Of a stretch of 64,000 bases of DNA, positions 9,191 to 20,621 are shown piece by piece. The stretch comes from Thermoplasmatales archaeon SW_10_69_26 (GTDB taxonomy: Archaea; Thermoplasmatota; SW-10-69-26). The notes under the pieces are model-generated. The model saw nothing but the letters and a program-made list of their open reading frames with translations, was not told the DNA's origin and searched no databases. Position numbers and translations under genes: made by a program. The stretch spans positions 850 through 64,849 of the forward strand of contig PXUB01000037.1 of the NCBI GenBank assembly GCA_003009755.1, given 5' to 3'. The stretch's first letter is position 1, and every line of letters begins with the position of its first letter.

Positions 9191-9799
9191 CTAGGTTTCC
9201 CATCGAAGGACCGTGATCTCGACGTCGGATTCCGGCTTGTCGTGGAAGTGGAACTGGGCGGGGATCGGGAAGAGGAACGGGAGCTCGTGGGTGACCTCCC
9301 CCCCGTGGTCCTCGATGCGGTTGTGGACCCAGTCGGTGGTCTCGGCGAGGTGGAAGGTCCAGCAGACGTCGCCGACCTCGGCCGCGGCGTCGATGAAGGG
9401 CCGGTCAGCGTGTGGGGACTGGGAACCGAAGGGGGGGTTGGAGATGACGGTGTCAGCGTCGAAGTCCGCCATCTCCTCGACCGGCATCGCCTCCAAGGTC
9501 ACCTGGGAAGCCCCGGCCTCCCTCGCGGCTTGACGGGCAGCCTCGATCGCCTGCTCGTCGACGTCGAACCCGTAGACCGGCATGGCACCCATCAAGGCGG
9601 CTCCGATCGCCAACACGCCCGTCCCGGTGCCGAGGTCGAGCACGAACCTGCCGCCGATGTCGTCGAGGTGGAACGCTTCGAACAAGACGTCGGTAGCCAG
9701 GCCAGCCGGTGTCGAGTACTGCTCGAGCTCCGGGTCGGGGTCGGGGATCGAGGGCACCTTGCTGAGCGCCTGCTCGATCGCCGTCCGCCGCGTGTTCAT
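9191..9799 (-). CDS. class I SAM-dependent methyltransferase (METTL5/HemK-like rRNA adenine N6-methyltransferase family)
   Basis: 202 aa. SAM motif I VLDLGTGTGVLAIGAA, acidic motif II FDVDE, and an NPPF(G) catalytic tetrapeptide. Start overlaps the stop of the upstream ORF. Confidence 0.7.
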   Translation of the reverse strand: MNTRRTAIEQALSKVPSIPDPDPELEQYSTPAGLATDVLFEAFHLDDIGGRFVLDLGTGTGVLAIGAALMGAMPVYGFDVDEQAIEAARQAAREAGASQVTLEAMPVEEMADFDADTVISNPPFGSQSPHADRPFIDAAAEVGDVCWTFHLAETTDWVHNRIEDHGGEVTHELPFLFPIPAQFHFHDKPESDVEITVLRWET

Positions 9800-10234
9800 C
9801 TAGTGCACCTCGCGCCCGGTGCCCTCGTCGGCCTGGGCCTGGCCGTCCTCGAAGCTGATCTGCGGGATCGGGACCGGCGGCGGCAGCTCGAGGTCGCGAG
9901 CGAGCCCGACGGCGCGGGGCACGCAGGTTTGCATGACGGCGGTGTGGACCTCGCTGGCCACGTCCTGCGGCATCTCGTTGTCGGCCTGCCAGGTCCGCTC
10001 GATGGCGTCGGCTTCCCCTGTGAACCGGGTGGACCCCTCGAGCTTGATCACGCCGAGACCGCCGTAGGAGGCCGTGTACCGGAACCCGATCTCCGTGGCC
10101 TCGTCCCCGATCCGCTGGACGAGCGTGACGGTCGAGTTGTGGTCGATCCGCACCTGGTCGGGGTTGTCCTCCTCGGCTCCGGAGAACCGACGAGCCTCGA
10201 TGGAGGTCACGTGCACCGCCTGGACGGGCATCAA
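9800..10234 (-). CDS. hypothetical protein co-transcribed with the methyltransferase
   Basis: 144 aa and acidic, with no recognisable motif. ATG at 10234. Stop at 9800-9802 abuts the methyltransferase start at 9799. Confidence 0.4.
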   Translation of the reverse strand: MMPVQAVHVTSIEARRFSGAEEDNPDQVRIDHNSTVTLVQRIGDEATEIGFRYTASYGGLGVIKLEGSTRFTGEADAIERTWQADNEMPQDVASEVHTAVMQTCVPRAVGLARDLELPPPVPIPQISFEDGQAQADEGTGREVH

Positions 10235-10492
10235 CCCGTGGACCGTGCGGGGCCAGATAGCCCTTTCGCCCGGGAAGGGATGGGCCGAACGCGAGAGGGT
10301 CCAGAGCCCTCAAACACAGGAACACAGGCCCAGAGGGAACACTCAGGACCGGAGGGAACCGCGGGAAGCAACTCCCGGATGAGGCAGACGAGCTTCCGTG
10401 TCCCTGGGTTCCCTTCAACGTTCTGTGGTTCTCCGTGCCGCTGGAGCCTGGGTGAGGGCCCTGGAGTTGCCCCGACCCTCCGCCGCTCTGCG

Positions 10493-11620
<1,128 letters not shown>

Positions 11621-11666
11621 TTGCGTCTCAGTCCAGGTGGGCTTGCTTCAGCGATGGGCGGAGGGG

Positions 11667-13643
<1,977 letters not shown>

Positions 13644-13684
13644 GGGTCCTCCAGGGACTCAACCCGAATTGAAGATACAACTTC

Positions 13685-13692
13685 TATAAAAC
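13685..13692 (-). promoter_or_regulatory. TATA-like element (TTTTATAG) upstream of dnaK
   Basis: Minus-strand ggttttatagaag is centred about 45 nt upstream of the dnaK ATG, implying a short leader, as is common for hsp genes. Confidence 0.35.
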
Positions 13693-13775
13693 CTTACCGG
13701 TCGTGCGGGTGGGGTCCCGCGGCCTCGATTGGGCGGTCCCTCGCGCAGACCGGACGGCGGCCTACGCGGGGGCGC

Positions 13776-15326
13776 CTATCCCGTGAGCTCGTGCTTTTTG
13801 ACCTTCCCGGTCGTCGTGCGCGGCAGCTCGTCGACGACCTCGACCTCGCGCGGATGCTTGTAGGGGGCCAGGTTGGCCAGCGCGAACTCCTGCACCCCGT
13901 CAGGGTCGAGGTCGGCGTCCGGGGTGGGCACGACGAAGGCCTTCACGAGCTCGCCGTACTCCTCGTCGGGCTTGCCGACGACGGCCGCATCCGCGATCTC
14001 GGGGTGCTCGAAGAGCAGCTCCTCGACCTCTCTGGGGTACACGTTGTAGCCCTTGGAGAGGATCATGTGCTTCTTGCGGTCGACGACGTAGAAGAACCCA
14101 TCCTCGTCGTGGTACCCGAGATCGCCGGTGTGGAACCACCGCGTGCCGCCGGCCTCGGTGAAGGCGTCCTCGTTGGCCTCCCCCAGCCCCAGGTAGCCCT
14201 TCATCACGTTGGGGCCAGCGACGACGAGCTCGCCGGTGATCTCGTCGAGGTCGGCGGCCTCCTCGTCCACCGGGCCCTCCTCGACCGGGGGCACCTCGGT
14301 GAAGGAGCCGTCCACGATCTCGGCCTGGATGCCGGGCAGGGTCTTCCCGATCGATCCCACGCGGCGGCCCCAGTTGGGGCTGTTGAAGTGGGTGACCGGG
14401 CTCGTCTCGGTGAGACCATAGCCCTCGTAGAGCTTGATGTCGAAGGTCTCCTCGAAGGAGGTGGCGACCTCGCGGGGGATGCCGGCGCCGCCGACGCCGG
14501 CGAACCGGACGCTGGAGAGGTCGAAGGTGTCGGCTTCGGGGTGGTTGACGATCTCGTTGAACATCGCGGGCACGCCGTTGAGGAACGTCAGCTCGGCGTC
14601 CTCGATCAGGTCGACGGCCTCGTCGACGTCCCAGGCCGGCAGCGGGTAGAAGGTGCCGCCACCGAACAAGGCGACGTTCATGACGACGTTCATCCCGTAG
14701 ATGTGAAACAGGGGCAACACGCCGAGCACGCGGTCGCTGGGCCGGACGCCGTCCGGCAGGGCCTGGACCATCTGCTTGGCGTTGCCAGCGAGGTTGTCGT
14801 GCGAGAGCTGGACGCCCTTCGGTCGGCCGGTCGTTCCGCTGGTGTAGGGCAGCACGGCGAGCTCGTCCCCGTCGACGTCGGCCATCGCGTTGCCCGGGTC
14901 GCCGAGGAACGCGCGGAACCCGGTCGTGTCGTCGCTCGTCCCGTCGATCGTGACGATCTCCTCGACGTCGGTGGCGGATGCGACCTTGCGCACCACGGGC
15001 GCCAGATCGGTGAGCGTGACGACGACCTCGGCGCCGCTGTCCGCCAGCAGGTGCTCGATCTCGCGAGCCCGGTACTGCGGGTTCATCGGCACGACCTGGC
15101 CGCCGGCCTGCAGGGTGCCGTGGAAGCCGATGACGAACGGCGGCACGTTGGGCAGGTACAACGCGACGCGGGAACCCTCGAAGCCGCGCTCGGTCAGCCC
15201 GCCGGCGAAGGCATCGATCGCTCCCACGAGCTCCTCGTAGGTCCACGTCTCGCCTCGGAACACCATCGCGTCCCGGTCCGGGCTCTCACGCGCCTGCTCG
15301 ACGATGGTCTCGACCAAGTTCCCCAT
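13776..15326 (-). CDS. AMP-dependent synthetase/ligase (long-chain fatty-acid-CoA ligase family)
   Basis: Real start is ATG at 15326 (MGNLVETIVEQ...), 516 aa. AMP-binding motif YTSGTTGRPKGV. Motifs YGLTE, GWFHTGD and the C-terminal ...PRTTTGKVKKHEL are present. Confidence 0.85.
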   Translation of the reverse strand: MGNLVETIVEQARESPDRDAMVFRGETWTYEELVGAIDAFAGGLTERGFEGSRVALYLPNVPPFVIGFHGTLQAGGQVVPMNPQYRAREIEHLLADSGAEVVVTLTDLAPVVRKVASATDVEEIVTIDGTSDDTTGFRAFLGDPGNAMADVDGDELAVLPYTSGTTGRPKGVQLSHDNLAGNAKQMVQALPDGVRPSDRVLGVLPLFHIYGMNVVMNVALFGGGTFYPLPAWDVDEAVDLIEDAELTFLNGVPAMFNEIVNHPEADTFDLSSVRFAGVGGAGIPREVATSFEETFDIKLYEGYGLTETSPVTHFNSPNWGRRVGSIGKTLPGIQAEIVDGSFTEVPPVEEGPVDEEAADLDEITGELVVAGPNVMKGYLGLGEANEDAFTEAGGTRWFHTGDLGYHDEDGFFYVVDRKKHMILSKGYNVYPREVEELLFEHPEIADAAVVGKPDEEYGELVKAFVVPTPDADLDPDGVQEFALANLAPYKHPREVEVVDELPRTTTGKVKKHELTG

Positions 15327-15450
15327 AGCAACACACCGGCCGTGCAACGCCGGCACGACCCTTAGGCTTGTGCCTGGTTGGCAAGCCTCTGAGGCTCGTG
15401 AGAGGGAAACGTTTTCCCTGCACGGGTCGCTCCCCCCGGAAGGCATCCCC

Positions 15451-15897
15451 ATGGCTTGGCGGAACCGACTGGCTCTCGCGCTGGCGTTGGCCCTGGTGAC
15501 CGTGTCCCTGACCCCGGGCGCGCTGGCTCGCGAGGAGCGGGAGACGTACACGACCGGTGCGGATGTCGTCACCTCCTGCTCGGAGGACCTGATCGGGGGC
15601 CTACTGGCGAACAACTACGGCAGCGTCTGCTTCGACGTGCGATCGACGGAGAGCCAGCTCGACGTCACCATCGACGACTTCACCCTCAACGAGGTCGGCG
15701 GCGCCGTCCAGTTCCTCGACGCCGAGGGCGAACAGATCGGCGACCTCGTCAGCTTCTGCGGCACCGTGAGGGGCGTCGACATCCCGGAGGAAGCCGACGG
15801 GATCGAGGTCTACGTGAACGGACCGCTCCTGCAGACCCTCGAGTGCACGACGATCACGTCGGGCACGACGGGCGAGGTCCTCGCCACGTTCTCCTGA
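15451..15897 (+). CDS. small secreted hypothetical protein
   Basis: ATG at 15451. Signal peptide MAWRNRLALALALALVTVSLTPGALA. Acidic mature part. Divergent from the acyl-CoA ligase. Confidence 0.5.
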   Translation: MAWRNRLALALALALVTVSLTPGALAREERETYTTGADVVTSCSEDLIGGLLANNYGSVCFDVRSTESQLDVTIDDFTLNEVGGAVQFLDAEGEQIGDLVSFCGTVRGVDIPEEADGIEVYVNGPLLQTLECTTITSGTTGEVLATFS

Positions 15898-15907
15898 GCT
15901 CGGCGGC

Positions 15908-16420
15908 TCACTCGTCGTCGGGGTCGCCGATCGCGAACAGGACGTGGTCGCCCTCGACGGCGTCGCCCTCCGCGACGTCGACCATCAAGACGGTCCCGTC
16001 GCGGGGCGCCTCGATGTCGGACTGCATCTTCATCGCCTCCAGCGTGGCGAGCACGTCGCCGGTCTCGACCTCCTCGCCCTCACCGACGTTCACCGACAGG
16101 ATCTTGCCCGGCATCGGCGGCTCGACGCGGCCGCCGGCCTCGACACCGAGCGTCTCCTCGCCGGGGCCGCCCGAGGGATCGAAGTCCGTGATGGCGAACT
16201 CGACGCGGTGCCCGTCCACGCGAGCCCGCCCGTGCTCCTCGATCGTGACTTCGTGGTTCGAGCCTGGCAGGTCGACGCGCAACGAACCGTCGTCGACGGT
16301 GACCTCGGCGTCCAGCTCCTCGCCGTCGACGACGAGCTCGACGAAGCGCTCGACGCGTTCGGCCAGGATCTCGTGCTCGCGGGCCCGATCGTCGCCGCCG
16401 ACCCGCAGGTCGAACCTCAT
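15908..16420 (-). CDS. biotin carboxyl carrier protein (biotin/lipoyl attachment domain)
   Basis: 170 aa. Biotinylation motif EAMKM within ...GDVLATLEAMKMQSDIEAP.... ATG overlaps the accC stop (ATGA at 16417-16420). Confidence 0.75.
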   Translation of the reverse strand: MRFDLRVGGDDRAREHEILAERVERFVELVVDGEELDAEVTVDDGSLRVDLPGSNHEVTIEEHGRARVDGHRVEFAITDFDPSGGPGEETLGVEAGGRVEPPMPGKILSVNVGEGEEVETGDVLATLEAMKMQSDIEAPRDGTVLMVDVAEGDAVEGDHVLFAIGDPDDE

Positions 16421-17916
16421 CGCGATCCCTCCTCGTTCCCGTCGAGGCGACGGGGGCGGGACTGCCGGTGGTAGGTGACGCCGATGCCGCCTTTGGGACC
16501 CATGGCGAGCGCGGCGGCCAGCGCGGCGGCCCGACGCCGGGAGCGCTCCTCGACGCGGGCTCCCTCCTCGGCGAGAGCGTCCACGATGCCTCGTTCATCG
16601 AGGTACTTCGTCGACAACTCGCCCTCCTGGAAGGCCGAGTCCTCGAGGATGCGCCGGTGCAGGGGCAGGTTCGTCGTGGCGCCGATCTGCGTCGTGTTGA
16701 CGGCCTCCCGCAACCGCTCGATCGCCTGCTTGCGCGTGGAGCCCCATCCGACGAGCTTGGCCAGCAACGAGTCGTACTCGGCGGGCACCTCGTAGCCGGT
16801 CTGCAGGCCGTGGTCGACGCGGATGTGAGGCCCCTGGGCCGGCTCGAAGTGGTCGATCGTGCCGAACCGGGGCGTGAACTCGTCGTAGGGGTCCTCCGCG
16901 TTGACGCGCAGCTCGATGGCGTGGCCCTCGAAGGTCACCTCGTCCTGCGTGAACGAGGGCTGTCGACCCTGGGCGACGCGCAGCTGCTCGCGGACGAGGT
17001 CGATGCCGGTCACGAGCTCGGTGACGGGGTGCTCGACCTGCAGGCGGGCGTTGACCTCGTTGAAGTAGAAATTGCCGTCCTCGTAGAGGAACTCCAGCGT
17101 GCCGGCGTTCACGTAGTCGGCGGCCTCGGCCAGGCGGCGAGCCATCGCGCCCAGCTCCTCGCGCGTGTCGGCGTCGAGCGCCGGGCTGGGGGCTTCCTCG
17201 ACGAGCTTCTGGTGGCGGCGCTGGATCGAGCACTCGCGCTCGCCGAGGTGCAGGATCTCGCCGTCGGGGCCGCCCAGGATCTGCACCTCGATGTGGCGGG
17301 GACGCTCGACGAACTTCTCGAGGAACAGCGCGCCGTCGCCGAAGGCGGCCTCGGCCTGCGAGCTCGCCTCGGTGAAGGCCTCCGCGAGCTGGTCGCCGTC
17401 GCCAGCCACGCGCATGCCCATCCCGCCGCCGCCGGCGCGAGCCTTGAGCATGACGGGGTAGCCGACGTCGTCGGCGATCTTGCGAGCGCGGGAGACGTCC
17501 TCGACGACCCCCTCGCTGCCGGGGCTGACGGGCACGCCCGTTTCGATCGCCAGCTCGCGGGCCTCGACCTTGTCGGCCATCGTCGCCATCGTGTCCGGTG
17601 TCGGGCCGACCCAGGTGAGGCCCTCGTCGATGACGCGCTGGGCGAAGACGTGGTTCTCGGCCAGGAACCCGTAGCCGGGGTGGATGGCGTCGGCGCCGGT
17701 GCGCTCGGCTGCCTCGATGACCGCGTCCTGGTCGAGGTAGGACGCGGCCGAGCGGGGCGGCCCGATGCGGACGGCCGCGTCGGCCTCGTCCACGAACACC
17801 GCGTCCTCGTCGGCGTCGGAGTACACCGCGACCGTGTCCAGCCCCATCGATTCGCAGGCGCGGAACACGCGCCGGGCCACCTCGCCCCGGTTCGCGACCA
17901 GGACCGTCTCCATCAT
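16417..17916 (-). CDS. accC: acetyl/propionyl-CoA carboxylase biotin carboxylase subunit
   Basis: From ATG at 17916 (MMETVLVANRGEVARR...), about 499 aa. ATP-grasp motifs are present. The 662-aa ORF in the track also includes an upstream in-frame transposase remnant (see findings). Confidence 0.85.
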   Translation of the reverse strand: MMETVLVANRGEVARRVFRACESMGLDTVAVYSDADEDAVFVDEADAAVRIGPPRSAASYLDQDAVIEAAERTGADAIHPGYGFLAENHVFAQRVIDEGLTWVGPTPDTMATMADKVEARELAIETGVPVSPGSEGVVEDVSRARKIADDVGYPVMLKARAGGGGMGMRVAGDGDQLAEAFTEASSQAEAAFGDGALFLEKFVERPRHIEVQILGGPDGEILHLGERECSIQRRHQKLVEEAPSPALDADTREELGAMARRLAEAADYVNAGTLEFLYEDGNFYFNEVNARLQVEHPVTELVTGIDLVREQLRVAQGRQPSFTQDEVTFEGHAIELRVNAEDPYDEFTPRFGTIDHFEPAQGPHIRVDHGLQTGYEVPAEYDSLLAKLVGWGSTRKQAIERLREAVNTTQIGATTNLPLHRRILEDSAFQEGELSTKYLDERGIVDALAEEGARVEERSRRRAAALAAALAMGPKGGIGVTYHRQSRPRRLDGNEEGSR

Positions 17917-17974
17917 ATCGCAGGGCCAGCGTCGTGGAAGAGAAAAGGGTTCGGGGCCCGCTCTCGGCCGCTGT

Positions 17975-18405
17975 CGAGGCAAGCAGGCGGAGGGATCCCG
18001 ATCGAACAGCCGGGCGAACGCCTCCACCCACGCCTCGACCTCTTCTCTCAAGGCGTTCCTCGGCGAGCGTCTGCGGAACGGGCCGATCCGTGCTTTGAGC
18101 AGGCCAACCCAGGTCTCCACCCTGTTCCGAACGCCGCCCGACGTGACTTGCCAGTCCAGCTCGAGCAGGTCCAACGGCCAGGGATACCACACGCCGCGGT
18201 CGACGTGGATCGCCGGCCGGTTGTCGCACCGGGCTGGCACGTGCTTGAGGAAGCCCAGGGCGTCCACGCTGCTCCGGCCTTGGCTGACCGCGACGTGGAC
18301 AAGTTGTTGCGTGTCGGGGCCGACGGCGGCCCACAGGAACAGCTCGGTCAGGTGGTCGCCGGCGTCCTTGTCGCCGTCCTCGGGCCACGCACCCGCTTGT
18401 TGCAA
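17975..18405 (-). pseudogene. IS630/Tc1-family transposase remnant (C-terminal ~145 aa only)
   Basis: ...CDNRPAIHVD...NRVETWVGLLKARI... is consistent with the C-terminal part of an IS630/Tc1-like DDE transposase (carrying the second catalytic Asp in DNxxxH). No N-terminal half. About 180 bp is 93% identical to 31171-31355. Confidence 0.55.
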
Positions 18406-18443
18406 CGACGCACCACCCAGGGGGAGGACGGCGGGCCGCTGGC

Positions 18444-20621
18444 CTACGGGGACAAGCCCTCCCCCGGGCCACCGGAGTCGTCGTCAGCGACGGTCGAGGT
18501 GCCGCCGGGCTTGGCCTGCAGCCAGGGGTCGAACCGGACGTTGCTCACGCCCTCGTCGCTGTCGTCCTCGGTGACCGCGTCGCCGCTGCCGTCGGCCAAC
18601 GCCGCGGTGACCGGGTCCTCGAGCGGGTTCGAGGCGTCCAGGCTGGAGGGACCGTCGCTGGCGCCCCAGTAGTTGTCGCGGGCGTCCAGGGTCCCGAACA
18701 CGACCCGGCGGGCGTCGATGCCGTACCCGCCGTTGCCGGCGATCACGTTGTCGTGGACCTCGACCTCGTCGACCTCGGCGTCCTCGGTGAACAGCAGGCC
18801 GTGGTCGAGGTTGTCGCGCATCGTGTTGTTCGCGATCTCGATCGAATCGGAGCTCTCCCCGGTGGTCGCGTCGACGGCGGTACCGTTCCCGTTGCCGGTG
18901 AGGCGGTTGTCCTCGACGACCAGCCCGGGCGTGTCGCCATCGGCGACGAGGCCGAACCGGTTGCCGGTGACCGTGTTGTCCGCCACCCGGTCCCCCGAGC
19001 TTCCCAACGAGTTGAGGGCCCCGTGGGTGCCGGTGACGGTGTTGGCCTCGATCGTCGACCCCTCCGCGACCACGGAGACGATCCCGTCCCGGCCGTCGAC
19101 CACCGTATTGTCCCGGATGGCCACGTTGGCGGAGCGGAAGACGACGATGCCGTCGTGGTTGCCGCCGTCGTATCGCTCGGGGTGCGTCGTCACGTCGTTG
19201 CCCTCGACGGTGCCCTCGACGCTACTTACCCGGTCGCCGTCCAACCGGATGCCCTCGTCCCCGTGGTCCACCCGACTCTGGGTGACGGACACGGTGTCGA
19301 CCCAAGAGGTGAACACGCCCAGCCGATCGGCATCGATGGTGGTGTCGGTCACCGAGACGCGGTCGTTGGACGACCCGGACGGCCCGAACGCGATCACGCC
19401 GTGGGTGACCTCCACGAGACGCGCGTCCGTGACCTCCATCGATTGTCTCGTCGACGGGGTGGCGAAGATCCCTCTTCTGCCATCCGTGACGGTCACATCG
19501 CTCACCCTGACCTGCCCGACCTCGTCGATCTGGAGCCCGTCGCGCACGGTCTCGATCGTCACGTTCTCCACGCTGAGCGCCGTCCCGCCCTGGGCGTACA
19601 CGCCTTGGCCGTTGTGGGACAGGTCGAGGTTCTGCACGGTGACGCCGATGCTGTTCACCAGGCCGACGTACCCGGGCGAGGGGTCCATCTGGTTCCCGTC
19701 GAGGGTGATCCCGCTGGCGCCGACGAGGTAGTGGATGGGTCGGCCGTCGACGGTGTTCGAGGTGTCCACGTGGTGGATGCCTCTCGCCCAGAAGTTGTAG
19801 GTGTTCCCGGCCAGCGCGTTGTCCCGCATGGTGACCCGGTCGTCGAAGCGGAGGTCGACGCCGACGCGGTTGTCGAGGACCGTGTTGGCCTCGAGGAGGT
19901 CGGTTCCCGGGAACGGGTCCTCGGCGATGCCGAAGAAGCCGACGTCGTTGTCGGCGAGAGTGTTGTCCACGATGCGGGCCTCGACGCCGCCGGGGTGGCT
20001 GTGGGCGAGGATGCCCGCGTCCTGGTGGCCTTGGATCTCAAGGCCCTGGATCGCGACCGCGCGGGCCTCGAGGGTGAACCCGTTGTCCCCGTTCAGGTCC
20101 TCGACGCCGTCGCCCCGGACGACGACGGGGGCCTCACCCACGCTGGGCACCAGGAGGGGGAGGTCGAGGCTGTGGGCGCTGGCGATCGTCACGCCCGGCG
20201 TGGTGACGGTGACGGTCTCGGTGTAGGTGCCCGGGCAGACGGCGATCGTGGTCCCGGGGTCGGCAAGCGTCTCGGCGACCTGGATCCCGGTCCAGTCGGC
20301 GGTGGGGCACTCCTCGCGGTCGTCGTCGACGAGCACGGGCTCGTCCACGAGGGGGACCGGCGAGCTTTCGGGGTTCGTGGACGTCGTCTCGGCGCCGTCG
20401 GGCTCGAGCACGTCGGCCGGCGGCCCCCCAGCGACCGCAGGGCGAACCGAGACGATATCCTCGTACCCGTCCGTGGGGAGGTCCAGGCCCGGCGGGGCCG
20501 AGTCCGCCTCGGAGCCGGGGGCCGACCCGGCCGCGGCGGGGACGGTCACCAAGACGAGTGCTGCGGCGACCGCGAGCAGCATCCCTCCCGCAACGCGCGC
20601 CGCGACTGGGTTACGGGGCAT
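18444..20621 (-). CDS. secreted right-handed parallel beta-helix repeat protein (NosD/pectate-lyase-like fold)
   Basis: 725 aa. N-terminal signal/[35 protein letters not shown]. Many ~22-aa repeats with N/D-x-V/I-x-x-N turns (e.g. IANNTMRDN, VEDNRLTGN). Start overlaps the stop of the upstream giant gene by 11 nt. Confidence 0.7.
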   Translation of the reverse strand: MPRNPVAARVAGGMLLAVAAALVLVTVPAAAGSAPGSEADSAPPGLDLPTDGYEDIVSVRPAVAGGPPADVLEPDGAETTSTNPESSPVPLVDEPVLVDDDREECPTADWTGIQVAETLADPGTTIAVCPGTYTETVTVTTPGVTIASAHSLDLPLLVPSVGEAPVVVRGDGVEDLNGDNGFTLEARAVAIQGLEIQGHQDAGILAHSHPGGVEARIVDNTLADNDVGFFGIAEDPFPGTDLLEANTVLDNRVGVDLRFDDRVTMRDNALAGNTYNFWARGIHHVDTSNTVDGRPIHYLVGASGITLDGNQMDPSPGYVGLVNSIGVTVQNLDLSHNGQGVYAQGGTALSVENVTIETVRDGLQIDEVGQVRVSDVTVTDGRRGIFATPSTRQSMEVTDARLVEVTHGVIAFGPSGSSNDRVSVTDTTIDADRLGVFTSWVDTVSVTQSRVDHGDEGIRLDGDRVSSVEGTVEGNDVTTHPERYDGGNHDGIVVFRSANVAIRDNTVVDGRDGIVSVVAEGSTIEANTVTGTHGALNSLGSSGDRVADNTVTGNRFGLVADGDTPGLVVEDNRLTGNGNGTAVDATTGESSDSIEIANNTMRDNLDHGLLFTEDAEVDEVEVHDNVIAGNGGYGIDARRVVFGTLDARDNYWGASDGPSSLDASNPLEDPVTAALADGSGDAVTEDDSDEGVSNVRFDPWLQAKPGGTSTVADDDSGGPGEGLSP

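Noticed and set aside
16417-18405. 662-aa ORF treated as a single gene
   Set aside because: It is a composite: an IS630 transposase C-terminal remnant read through (stop lost) into accC. Annotated separately as a pseudogene plus accC starting at 17916.
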